In this document: in pieces, positions 1 through 10,499 of the stretch
Numbering within the stretch: the first letter of the stretch is position 1
Layout: each line of letters starts with the position of its first letter
NCBI GenBank assembly: GCA_965644295.1
Contig: CBFFRP010000238.1
Span: forward strand, 1 to 64,000
From: Paraphysomonas bandaiensis
Lineage: Eukaryota > Protista > Chrysophyceae
Direction of reading: 5' to 3'
Length of the DNA stretch: 64,000 nt
Made by a program: the position numbers and the translations under genes
Notes under the pieces: generated by a model
What the model saw: only the letters and a program-made list of their open reading frames with translations
Databases searched by the model: none
What the model was told of the DNA's origin: nothing

Positions 1-421
1 CAGTACAATCAATCCCCAATAAGCACTGAAGGAAATACGTAATGTATAACTGTATTACTGGATAATCTGGCAATACACATCTATCAGCGTGGATATCAAA
101 CCCGGAATTCTCCAGTAAACTTCTCCAGCCTTAAAGTCAATATATATATATAATAAGAACATATATATATATCATCCATCATCATTATCATCATTATGTC
201 TCATTATTGATAATCATGTCTTTCTTTGTCTTTTGAATGATTATGTAAATATCAATGATAAGCATGAATTGTCATAGTCATAATATATCATATATCTTAG
301 TGTGAGTTATGGCAATAATAATAATATTCAATCTATGTTTGCACAGATAGTATGTACAAACTTAAGCATATACAATAGAGAGCTTATGTAGAATAGAATA
401 ACCTGATAGCTGGTTATTACA
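1..421 (-). repeat. 3' LTR (partial) of the Gypsy-SET element
   Basis: Identical by eye to 9405-9828 except for one 3-nt indel. On the minus strand it begins TGTAATAACC immediately after the PPT. Confidence 0.93.
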
Positions 422-433
422 CTACCCCCTCCA
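422..433 (-). other. Polypurine tract
   Basis: Minus strand reads TGGAGGGGGTAG directly before TGTAAT of the 3' LTR. Confidence 0.8.
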
Positions 434-476
434 GCAGTCGCATACGCCAGTATGCGGAACGAAGTTCACTGCGAAC

Positions 477-1901
477 CTAAAATGGCTTCATATTAGTAGC
501 ATTTATTCGAACCTCTTTTCCTTCAATTTCAGCATCATAAAGTATTGGACTTAGTCGCCGAATAACTTTATAAGGTCCTTCAAATCTAGCTTGTAATTTG
601 GCATTGATTTTATACAATTCCTCATCATCAGCCGATTTAAACACATTAATTGGACGTCGAATTCTGAAGAATAAATCACCAGCATTATATTCTTTGAACT
701 CTCGAGGTCGCCTAGATACCATATTATGTCGAAGATGATTCTTTTGAGCTTTCTTCGTTGCATAATTCCAAGCTTGTTCCAAAGCAATCAACAAATTATC
801 TATCCATTCAGCTTCAATAGTTCCAGGTTGTAATCGAAGCTCGGAAAGTTTTGAGGACAATGTAAACTCTATTGATGGCAAACGGCATTCTCTACCGAAC
901 ATCATATAATATGGAGTAAAACTTGTACTCGAAGACACTGTAGTATTATACATCAGTTGTACTGTAGGCAAAAATATATCCCAGTCATCCTGTAATACAC
1001 CTACAAAATGGTACAACTGATCCTTCAAAGTCTTGTTGTGATTCTCAACTAAACCCTGGCTCCTTGGAGTATAAGGAGTAGTGTTAATCCTTCTATACTT
1101 GAATAACTTGGATATTGCTTTGGTCAGTTTATTGACAAACTCTGTGCCTTTATCACTCACCAGTAATTCTGGTAACCCAAATGGACAAAACACATGAGTA
1201 ATCAAAGCATTAGCCACTTCCAAAGGCGTCTTGTTCTTAAGAGGCATAAGCCAAACAAATTTTGTAAGGAAATCCTTTACCACCAGAATATAACTGAAAC
1301 CACTTTTTGTTTTCACCAATCTTCCTGTCAAATCAATATGAATTCGTGACAAAGGAAATTTTGCATCAGGGTATTTCATTATTGGAATCTTTGGTCGCGT
1401 TTGATAGGTCTTACGTAATTTACAAGGTATACATTCCTCCACATGTTTCTGTACATCCTTGCGTATTGACGGCCAAAACTATCTCAATTTCAAAGTTTCA
1501 AGCATTCGTTGTGTTCCTGGGTGCGTATATCCTTCATGGAAATACTTCATTAGTTGGTAACGTAATACTTGAGGGACCATAATTTGCCAAGTTGTCAATC
1601 CCTTGTTTTTCTGAACATGTTTTCTCAACAGTATCTTATGCGATGATTCATCTGTTTTCTCATGTAACTTGTAAACATGACCATCCACTTCTAACTCATG
1701 GCCCATTTCAAAATTTGATAGCTGTGATATAATCAATCCCAGTTGAGTATCATTTTCTTGGATTTGAAACATGCTCTCCCTACTTGAAGGCCACTTAATC
1801 TCCGGATCTTCTTCCGGATGATCTAATAAATATTGATCTGATAACTCCCATAATCCAGATTCTCCACATACGGCGAATGGGTGAGTATCATATTTATCCA
1901 A
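477..1901 (-). pseudogene. Integrase (HHCC zinc domain plus DDE core), with an in-frame TAG at 1479-1481; no chromodomain
   Basis: FHEGYTHPG...LKLR*FWPSIRKDVQKHVEECIPC; IHIDLTG, LVSDKGTEF, SQGLVENHN, GPY motif. ORFs 1479..1901 and 477..1442 are in the same frame. Confidence 0.92.
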
Positions 1902-4900
1902 CTTCCCTGATAAAAAGGCCTCCTATGACCAACCACTAACTTATGCGTTTCATCATAATGTATTGAAGCAATCTCATATTTTTGGAAATTATCGTCATCA
2001 ATATACTTTCTGCCTACCAGATATTGCAATTCGTCAGCAAGTGATTGGCATTGTACTAGATTCTCATAAGAGTACTTCTCCAAAGCGTCGGTTTCTAGAT
2101 ATCGGAGAGTTCTCTCAAAATTCCTAGTATTTCGTTCCTCCATCTCAACAAGTTCCTGGATTCTGGAATTTTCTTCATCGCTGTACTTAAAGATTTTGGA
2201 ATATAGTTTCTCCTGAATTTTCCGTTTTTGATCGTACACAATTAACTCAAATTCATCTTTAAAAGACACGGTAGCCCTTCGTCTAGATCCATCTAAATTC
2301 AAAATTTGATTATCTTCTGGACTAAGTTGATCGCTTCTAGTACTCCAAAATTCTTTACCATAGTCGAAAAATATTTCATCCCCAGGCAAGATCTCTCTAA
2401 GAGCCATCAAAACTCCTTTAGATTTTTTCCACACCAATTTTGCATTAATCAATTGTTTGGATATCCCATCATTCGCATATCGACCTAAGCTTGAACCAGG
2501 TTCCCATCCATCAATAACAATCCTACGATGTGCTCCAGCAATCATCTGCATCCCATAATTGGAGCTTAATTGATCCACTCCTTCAGATACAACCGGACCC
2601 ACATAATCACAAATCTCAACATTTGGACAGATCTGTTTGGTGGCAAAAAGTCCCCATCCTGCTTTTAGCTTTGTCGATGGAAGAATAGTACATTGGTTGT
2701 AACCAGAAATTCGTCGTTCTCGAATTAACTTCATATCTTCTGACTCTTCTGTATTATCCATATAGTCCGTTCGAGATGGATGAAAGCTATTTCGGTTCGA
2801 GTGTGCAGTTGCATGTTGTATATTCTGTCCCGAATTGCTGAATTTCATCCTTGACTCACCAGTTTCCTGAACTTCCGTGATATTCAATTCTTTAAGTAGA
2901 TTCTCGACTTGACAACTATATTGTTCTACATCGATATAAGGCTGCTTCCTTCTTTTTAATGTAGAGCCAGCAACTTTAAATCTAACTGCAGAATTTTCTA
3001 ATTCTGAACTTTCCCCTAATACTCCCCCTTTCTTGACATCAGTCAAAGAAGACAACAAATCCAAATCCAGCGCATCACAATTACAGATTTGAGCCTCAAA
3101 TTTGTTTGAACAAGTATGAGTTTTCTTAATAGTTTGCGCCTCTACAACCGCTTGGCGTTTCAATTTACTCAACTGTCGTTTTGCAGCCCCCCATGATCGG
3201 ATGAGATCTGGATCCTCATTATCAACCACCGGGCCGAGATGATCGGAGAGCTCCTCCCTAGTAGCTGGCGGTATATCCCCTATTTGCCAAAGGCGACTTA
3301 ACATATCAGCAACTACATTTTCCACCCCTTTTTTGTAATGTAAAGCAAAACGATATGATTGGAGATCCATGAGGTATCCCAGCAATCGTGGATTAAGTGT
3401 TGCAGTCACTGAATGGACCATATATTTCAGGCAATTGTGGTCAGAATGTACTTCAAATTTACGACCACTGCTCAGATAAATATGCCAATGGAGAATAACA
3501 TCCCGGAGGGCCTTACATTCCAAATCCGTGGCCGAGTAATTTCGTTCAGCAGGAGTTAACTTACGACTGAAATATTCCACCGGATGGAGCTGACCTGCGT
3601 CATCATGCTGCATGAGAACCCCACCGATACCACGCTTTGTCTTGGAAGCATCCAGGTGAATGACAAACGGTTTAGAATTATCAATGTAACGAAGCACAGG
3701 AGCCTTCCGCAGCGCCTCTTTAAGCCTCTCCATGGCATGGCCGTGTATCTCTGGGCGCCAGAGTTTCTTCACGTTGACATTTTTCTTCGTCAAGTCATAC
3801 AGAGGCAACGCAACGTCTGCGTATTGAGGAATATACTGACGGTAGAATGAAGTACTTCCTAAAAAACATCGAACAGCCGTAACGTCCTCTGGGTCTGCAA
3901 GGTTTGTAATCGCCTCAACCTTCTTCGGATCAGTGCATCGGCCGTTGCTGGACAGAATATGTCCAAGGAACCGCAGCTCCCGATAATTAATATGAGTCTT
4001 TTCAATTTTAAATGTAAGATGACGATTTCGAAGTCGATCATATATGGACTGCTGTGTCAGAAAATGTGCACGAAAACCCCCAGTATGGTTAAGCACATCG
4101 TCCAGGTATGCAGAGACTTGAAATCGATCCATGTCTTCAAAAGTCTGGGCAATGACTCTACTGAAGTGTGAAAGTGCATTGACCCAGCCTTGTAACATCA
4201 CCGTATACTGTAAATGAGCGTTATGAGTGCGGAATGCCGTTTTAAATCGACTATCAGCATCAAGCTCCACACAGAAAAATGCATCAGCAATATCGCCCGC
4301 TGAAAACCGGTCAGTTCCCACAGGAATGCTATCTAGCAAGTCATCAATCCTGGGAAGTGGGAAAATATCTACCTTAGTTTTCTGATTGAGCGATCGGACA
4401 TCTGAACACATCCGAAAAAATGTGGCCACTTCAGGCCAGTTAATCTTTTTGAAGATTTCTAAATGTGCCGTGTCTCCCCATTTATCTAAAAATTTCTGAA
4501 TACGGTCATGATAAGGAACCAGAACTAAACCATGGCTCCAATCACTGTTTGAGGGTTGAAGCTTTTTCTGACGAAGCATCATACCAGTTTTAGCCTCTAA
4601 AAATGCTTGTTGCAATAAAGAATATTTCCGAGGTCGCGCCCGAACCGGAACTTCATCAGTAGTTTCAATACTCACTTTATAATCCTTAATCCGTGGAGGG
4701 TTATCGGGATCAGGAAAACAGAAAACATCAATATTGGCCAAAGCTTGAGCCAAAAAATAATCACGTTCATTATGATGTGAAGCAATAGTATCCGCGTCGA
4801 TAGAAATCTCCCCTTGCAACGAGACTGCTTCATCATCCTTATATATATCCAGCTTAGTTAAAATCAGTTCAATACACTCTTGAAGACGGTCAGGAGTGTA

Positions 4901-4990
4901 CTTGTCAAATCGTGGTTGAACTGAATTTCGTTGACACAAATCCACTAAATTCCATAATTCCACAGGGAATGACTCCGGTCGTGTGGACAA
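1823..4990 (-). CDS. Gypsy pol segment: reverse transcriptase, RNase H, linker, SET domain and an unknown domain
   Basis: FPLPRIDDLL, DIADAFF, KTAFRT, MLQG, AYLDDVL (RT); LDAS, GGVLMQ, YFSRKL, ERNYSATDLE, SDH, NVVADMLSR (RNase H); GWGLFA...GRYAND...EIFFDYGKEFW (SET). Confidence 0.93.
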   Translation of the reverse strand: MSTRPESFPVELWNLVDLCQRNSVQPRFDKYTPDRLQECIELILTKLDIYKDDEAVSLQGEISIDADTIASHHNERDYFLAQALANIDVFCFPDPDNPPRIKDYKVSIETTDEVPVRARPRKYSLLQQAFLEAKTGMMLRQKKLQPSNSDWSHGLVLVPYHDRIQKFLDKWGDTAHLEIFKKINWPEVATFFRMCSDVRSLNQKTKVDIFPLPRIDDLLDSIPVGTDRFSAGDIADAFFCVELDADSRFKTAFRTHNAHLQYTVMLQGWVNALSHFSRVIAQTFEDMDRFQVSAYLDDVLNHTGGFRAHFLTQQSIYDRLRNRHLTFKIEKTHINYRELRFLGHILSSNGRCTDPKKVEAITNLADPEDVTAVRCFLGSTSFYRQYIPQYADVALPLYDLTKKNVNVKKLWRPEIHGHAMERLKEALRKAPVLRYIDNSKPFVIHLDASKTKRGIGGVLMQHDDAGQLHPVEYFSRKLTPAERNYSATDLECKALRDVILHWHIYLSSGRKFEVHSDHNCLKYMVHSVTATLNPRLLGYLMDLQSYRFALHYKKGVENVVADMLSRLWQIGDIPPATREELSDHLGPVVDNEDPDLIRSWGAAKRQLSKLKRQAVVEAQTIKKTHTCSNKFEAQICNCDALDLDLLSSLTDVKKGGVLGESSELENSAVRFKVAGSTLKRRKQPYIDVEQYSCQVENLLKELNITEVQETGESRMKFSNSGQNIQHATAHSNRNSFHPSRTDYMDNTEESEDMKLIRERRISGYNQCTILPSTKLKAGWGLFATKQICPNVEICDYVGPVVSEGVDQLSSNYGMQMIAGAHRRIVIDGWEPGSSLGRYANDGISKQLINAKLVWKKSKGVLMALREILPGDEIFFDYGKEFWSTRSDQLSPEDNQILNLDGSRRRATVSFKDEFELIVYDQKRKIQEKLYSKIFKYSDEENSRIQELVEMEERNTRNFERTLRYLETDALEKYSYENLVQCQSLADELQYLVGRKYIDDDNFQKYEIASIHYDETHKLVVGHRRPFYQGSWINMILTHSPYVENLDYGSYQINIY
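2342..2700 (-). other. SET domain embedded in the retrotransposon pol
   Basis: Motif I GWGLFATKQI, then EICDYVG, YGM, IDG, motif III LGRYAND, NAKL, and motif IV ALREILPGDEIFFDYGKEFW. Order and spacing are canonical over ~120 aa. Confidence 0.88.
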
Positions 4991-7900
4991 TCCGAAGTCG
5001 TATCGGCTATGTTAACAGGCGGTGGCTCCGGAGGTGGCCGATTCACCTCTTTGCCGTCTACTCATTTCGATGAGGACGCCAGCCTAGTGACATTTTCGTG
5101 ATTCTCTTCAGATAACATAGAAATATCTGAATGCTGGAATTTGTCATCAGTAGGCATGATAGTGGTATCCTCCGTCTTGGCACTGCCATTCATAGCAGAT
5201 TCCACCGTCTCCTGATTATGAACCTGCATCCCCAGTAGTATGGGTTGAAGTCGTACAACTAAACGCGGTCTACCCGGTAGATGAATCCACTCATCGGTAT
5301 GATTAGAAGCCCATATATAAGGTCTGCTCGCCGTACAAATAGCATCTTCAAATTGTAAGACGGGCTCATTAGCATCATCACCGGAATTAATCCTTGCAAC
5401 CTCTGGTAGAGTCTGTTTCCATCCACCTAACGGAGCACCCTTGCCCACTTGAACAGGAATCCGCATTTTAGAATGCGGTGGGATATGTTTCGATATACAG
5501 ACTGCAGCCTTGTGCGGTTGAGGTTTATTTTCACGGAGATGGCGTGCAACACATTTCTGTACACCACAGGGTCCTGAGCTGATGCCATTTGCGTAACAGT
5601 CTCATTCCAGTTGAATTGAGGCATTGCATACTGAATACCATTAGTTTGGAACAACAGCAGGTTATGATCAAACAAGTCAATCATTTTGATACGTCGTAAT
5701 GCATGCCCTCCAAAGATTACATTCATGGAACAATTAGGGATAATTGGTATCCATGCTTTCAACTGAACTTGTTCCTTTGCAGTGTTCAAAAGTGGTGCCT
5801 CTCCCGGCAGCACTGCCACAGGTAAGACCCGTTGTGCCGTAACAGTGTTGGTAAGACAAGCTCTCCAACTCACAGCGATATCCTGTGAACCTATTCCCCG
5901 AATAATGTACCGGTCTCTCTTTGGGATTCGTACTCGCTTAAGATTCAAGAGGGCTGCACACTCTTCGTCGATCAAGGACTCCATAGAGCCATGATCCACT
6001 TGGTGCCAACCGACTCTCTGTACTGGTTTACCAGTTTCATCAACTGTATCATATATAACACGAAACATGGATAATGTATCTTGAGATTCATCCCTAGGTG
6101 TCACAGTGTGCACTAAGTATCGAACTTTTTGTGCAGCATGAACCTTTCGTTTGGGTTTTGATTTTGACTTAGTAGATCGTGAACCGGAAAGTGAGTCTGT
6201 ACTGTGAGCAGGTATAGAGTCATCCAATGTAGAGAAAGAAGAGTCATCATCACTATCCGCCCAATGTACTTGTGGTGTACTAGAAACACTTGATGCTATG
6301 TAATTAGATTTCTTCCGTTCGCCACCAATGAACGTCGTATGCAAAGCACTCCCTCCATCCCACCGGCTAGTTAAATCCTGAAATGCTGCCTGAAATTCCT
6401 CCTTCTGAGCCGTAGGCAACTGAGACCAAGGTTGGCTATACTTATTCAATCTGGACAACCAAAAATTGTATATTCGATTCTTTTCAACGTTACGTGGTGT
6501 CTCAGACACAAATCCAAGTGGGTCAAATTTCCCATTCGTGAGGCGTCGGCATTGAGCGTTGTTAATGCTATGTCGAAGGCCACATCGTGAACATGTAAGC
6601 TTCGCAATCTCAATCGGTGTGAGAGATGGTTTGGATTCCTCGCGGATGCCGGCGTGAACTTTTTGATGTCGTCGTGAGCCACCCTCACCCTTATTTGTGT
6701 CTGGTTGTTTACTAGATTGGACATCAGGACGTATAATGTATAGTAGCGTTCCCTGTTGGAATTCTTCCTGAATCTCTCGCCATATTGATTCTACCTCCTC
6801 CCATGATAGACTCCAATTTTCAGTCGACTTCGCCCTTTCAATTTTTGTGATCTTATTGTCGTACGCCGCAACCAACGATTTACCCCAAACAGGCTCTTTT
6901 CCTACCACTCGGCGCATAGATTCTTCCATCACCTGTGCCGTCTGGCGATCCGGCGTATTATGCTCAACTACCTCTTTTAGTTCATAATATAGTTGCATAA
7001 CTGCTGTAGGCGTAGCGAGATCAGGAGCAGCCCAGTCCTCAATCTGTTTGGCACGCTGTTCATTGGTCTGTACGGGACAATAATTACGGATAGCCCAATG
7101 GCAGAAATGCACCCAACGACGCATCCAAAATTCATATTCAGTGGCTAATTGGCTATCCTCCTGGTCATCCCATATCTCTGGCACACGATTCAAAGACAAC
7201 CGTTGCAGTTCCTCTTTAAAACCGCCCTTAAAACACCAACCATTCTTTGTCTGTATGACCAAATCTTTCAGCCCCATCTTGGCCTGACGTGCCTTCTGGA
7301 CAGCGAAACGGAGTCCTCTTTCAATGGGGTATCAATTAGATTGGTCCTTATCTAGACGTATCTTGTCATCATTCTTCATGTAGAGAGTAGGCTCCTTGAC
7401 TTCTCTTCTCCATGGAGTAGCTTTGGGCAATGCTTTAGACATTAATCTCATGGCTCTAGACGATCGCATTTGGTTACAGAGCAGTGACCAGTGTTGCTCT
7501 CCAATTTGTTGAAGGTGACACCCGAATGCTTGTGCGTCTAGCATTCTGCCATCTTCAGTTGGATAAATACGGGAATTCGATCTTGAACATCTAGAACTCA
7601 ACACTCGGGATGTACTTGATCTGGTATCCGCTGACCGACTTCCTCTGCTGACAAAGGAACCCCGACTACCAGTGCTTACGAAGGAGTGGTATGACTCATC
7701 GTCTGAGTCAACGGTCCTCTCATCCCAAGCTCCAAATTTCTGATTTTTCCGACTGAGTTGTTTGCTGAGGAGATTGCAGCGCATCATTAATTGGCTATCG
7801 GCCTCCTCCCACATAGTTTCAGCCATGTCTCTTATATCCAGGTATTGGTTCAGCACCATGCACAATTCCGCTGTTTCGTAAATGTGCTCTTCAGCCACTA

Positions 7901-8210
7901 ACTCATGTACATTGTCAAGAACTGTCAGCCTACTTAACCACTCGCGAACATTTGATGGTAATTGCAAGCCGTTTCCTCGATTTAAGACTAGTTGGGCAAG
8001 CTGAGAAATATCTTCCGCAGAACTCTCTCTTGCTATTTTCATTTGCTCAAAAAAATGGTCCTGTAAACGATCAGTGACCTCAGTAGCTGTACAAGCCATG
8101 TAAATCTGCTGCTCCCAATGCTGCAGTGGCTCTGCTATATGTGTATCGCTGTTTTGACCATCTGGTGGTATGTACCCTCCGTCGATCTGCGTACTGCTGC
8201 AGGATGTCAA
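4991..8210 (-). pseudogene. Gag, zinc knuckle and aspartic protease region of the Gypsy-SET element (in-frame TGA at 7332 and 5062, frameshifts near 5466 and 4985)
   Basis: CSRCGLRHSINNAQC knuckle; protease-like VDHGSMESLI...IRGIG...NVIFG. ORFs 7332..8210 and 5427..7277 are in the same frame across a TGA. Confidence 0.75.
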
Positions 8211-9129
8211 GAGAAATCTTTAAGTCCATAGGGTCTCTAGCCCCACGATCCAGGTACAAATGATCCATATATGTGTCCTCATTTAAGTCTGGCCGAGGAC
8301 GCAATCTTCTATGGCCTAATATTATGCACTTATCTAAAGTGTCTATGGTGGGTCTCTTTGATCTGAGTATCCCCCTCCTTACTCGGCATCGATAACATAG
8401 ACCACCCTGAATTTCCATTGAATTTACCTGGTCCTCACAATCAATACATTGATTTTCCGAGCAATAATAACATATTCCTCCTGCGGTGAGACGCTTGGGA
8501 TCTGTGAGTCGCTGACAGATTTGACACCTATCCGCTTCTCTACCTAGTTGGTCTGGTCTGCTGGTGTTATATACACCTTGCAATCCAGAGGTGGAATGTA
8601 GCACATTGTGTGCTTCATCCCCTGCGTGAGGTAAGGGTGTATAATGACACTCCTTATCCTCATCCTCCCTGTTACTTTGTCCCTTGAATGGCAAGGGGTC
8701 CATATGTAATGGACTTTCTCCTGTCGCATCTGCATCAAACGAACAAAAATCATCTTGGGCCCTCAATGGTTGAATAGCGTCCTTACCGAATGCGAGAGGT
8801 TTTCGGGCTGACAAGGGTACCTCCTCCGGACTACTAAGACGATCCACCAGTTCTGGAACAGTCGTTGCTTGACTGTCTGCTTCATGAGTTTCTGTCTCTC
8901 TAAAGTCGTCACTTTGTTTATTGAGAGATGAAATTTCCTTAAAAAATTGAGACACCAACGTCTCTGATTCAGTCTCACTTAATCCAAAAGCCAAGCCTAT
9001 GTCTCGGATTTGATCCTCACTAGCATTGGCAATGGAAGGGTCTAACCCTCCAAGCATAAGCCTGAGAGTCCTTCTCACTGACTCAAATTTAGTAGACTCT
9101 TGTGCACTATCAAGAGTCTCCTCCTCCAT
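8080..9129 (-). CDS. N-terminal ORF of the Gypsy-SET element with two C4 zinc-ribbon-like repeats
   Basis: ATG lies just inside the 5' LTR. CQIC-x14-CYYC and CIDC-x13-CYRC. Overlaps the next ORF in another frame. Confidence 0.6.
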   Translation of the reverse strand: MEEETLDSAQESTKFESVRRTLRLMLGGLDPSIANASEDQIRDIGLAFGLSETESETLVSQFFKEISSLNKQSDDFRETETHEADSQATTVPELVDRLSSPEEVPLSARKPLAFGKDAIQPLRAQDDFCSFDADATGESPLHMDPLPFKGQSNREDEDKECHYTPLPHAGDEAHNVLHSTSGLQGVYNTSRPDQLGREADRCQICQRLTDPKRLTAGGICYYCSENQCIDCEDQVNSMEIQGGLCYRCRVRRGILRSKRPTIDTLDKCIILGHRRLRPRPDLNEDTYMDHLYLDRGARDPMDLKISLDILQQYADRRRVHTTRWSKQRYTYSRATAALGAADLHGLYSY

Positions 9130-9404
9130 AATAATAACAATATAATCAAATCACAATGAACAAATATGTGTCTACAACTACAATGCTATCTACCAGCAAT
9201 TTCAAGAGTAAGGAAATTGCATCTTATTATCAATAATATAAATATGTCTACCTACGATTCCGTGATCAATGGAATGAACATCATTCATATTCAATACCAA
9301 ACACATCAGTCTAACACAGTTGATCATAATAACTCATTACAACTGTATAAGGGAAGATACATTCAGTATTCTCATTGTAGTTGAAGCCTGGTATTCGTAC
9401 TCCT

Positions 9405-9828
9405 CAGTACAATCAATCCCCAATAAGCACTGAAGGAAATACGTAATGTATAACTGTATTACTGGATAATCTGGCAATACACATCTATCAGCGTGGATAT
9501 CAAACCCGGAATTCTCCAGTAAACTTCTCCAGCCTTAAAGTCAATATATATATATAATAAGAACATATATATATATCATCCATCATCATTATCATCATTA
9601 TGTCTCATTATTGATAATCATGTCTTTCTTTGTCTTTTGAATGATTATAATGTAAATATCAATGATAAGCATGAATTGTCATAGTCATAATATATCATAT
9701 ATCTTAGTGTGAGTTATGGCAATAATAATAATATTCAATCTATGTTTGCACAGATAGTATGTACAAACTTAAGCATATACAATAGAGAGCTTATGTAGAA
9801 TAGAATAACCTGATAGCTGGTTATTACA
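9405..9828 (-). repeat. 5' LTR of the Gypsy-SET element (inner boundary undefined; may extend to ~9376 or further)
   Basis: Match to 1-421; terminal TTATTACA at 9828. Confidence 0.93.
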
Positions 9829-10499
9829 GATGTGATGATATCTCATTAGCAGCTGTTGTTGAAAATAACATTTAGCCACTATACCGTAATAATATTTTTC
9901 ATTGTTGAACCGTTTCTAGATTTTATTATAATTAATGTGATAATAATTAATATATCAACACAAAATATAATAGTGAATTTATAAATGTACTGTAATTGCG
10001 GTCGGTGAATACTAACCTGTAAATTAAAGATACAAATACAAAACATACGTCAAAGCAACACATACACATCAGCATTATACATAATATATCACACATCATG
10101 CAAGGGATAAATCATCAAAAATTGCTGCAGTTATAGTTGGAAAAAACATAAATATATAAACGCTCAAAATTTGAAGGTGTTGAGTTCTGCAATATGATGT
10201 GATATATATTGTGCAATTGAAGTGAGTTAACAGTGTGCAATAGGTAATGTCAACTCATAGGTATAACGGGTGATTATAGTTACAAAGGAATTAAATTCAG
10301 TTACTGATGTGTGACTATACAAGATATAGAACTGACTGATGAACATATGATAAACAGGTGTTGCTGGGAACAGATGTTTCAACATATGTTACACGAATAT
10401 GTAGTGAAGTGTTCAGAATAATAATTATAATTTCTTACTTGAAAGAAGTACATTGTGTTCAACATAGCAAGGTTAAGGTTTACGTGTAGAGCAAAGTTA

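Larger units (their letters stand above)
1..9828 (-). mobile_element. Ty3/Gypsy LTR retrotransposon carrying a SET domain in pol (3' LTR cut by the window start)
   Basis: Direct repeats at 1-421 and 9405-9828. PPT at 422-433. Minus-strand ORF chain in the order gag-PR-RT(YLDD)-RNaseH-SET-IN(HHCC, DDE), which is Gypsy order. Confidence 0.95.

Noticed and set aside
5062-7334. Alternative genetic code (TGA=Trp) explaining the in-frame TGAs
   Set aside because: A host gene here (CCDC130) ends in TGA, Trp is TGG in the intact genes, and the element also carries a TAG and frameshifts.
9130-9404. tRNA primer-binding site of the Gypsy-SET element
   Set aside because: TGGTAG and TGGTAT candidates exist on the minus strand, but none follows a CA LTR end, and the inner LTR boundary cannot be fixed because the partner LTR is cut off.
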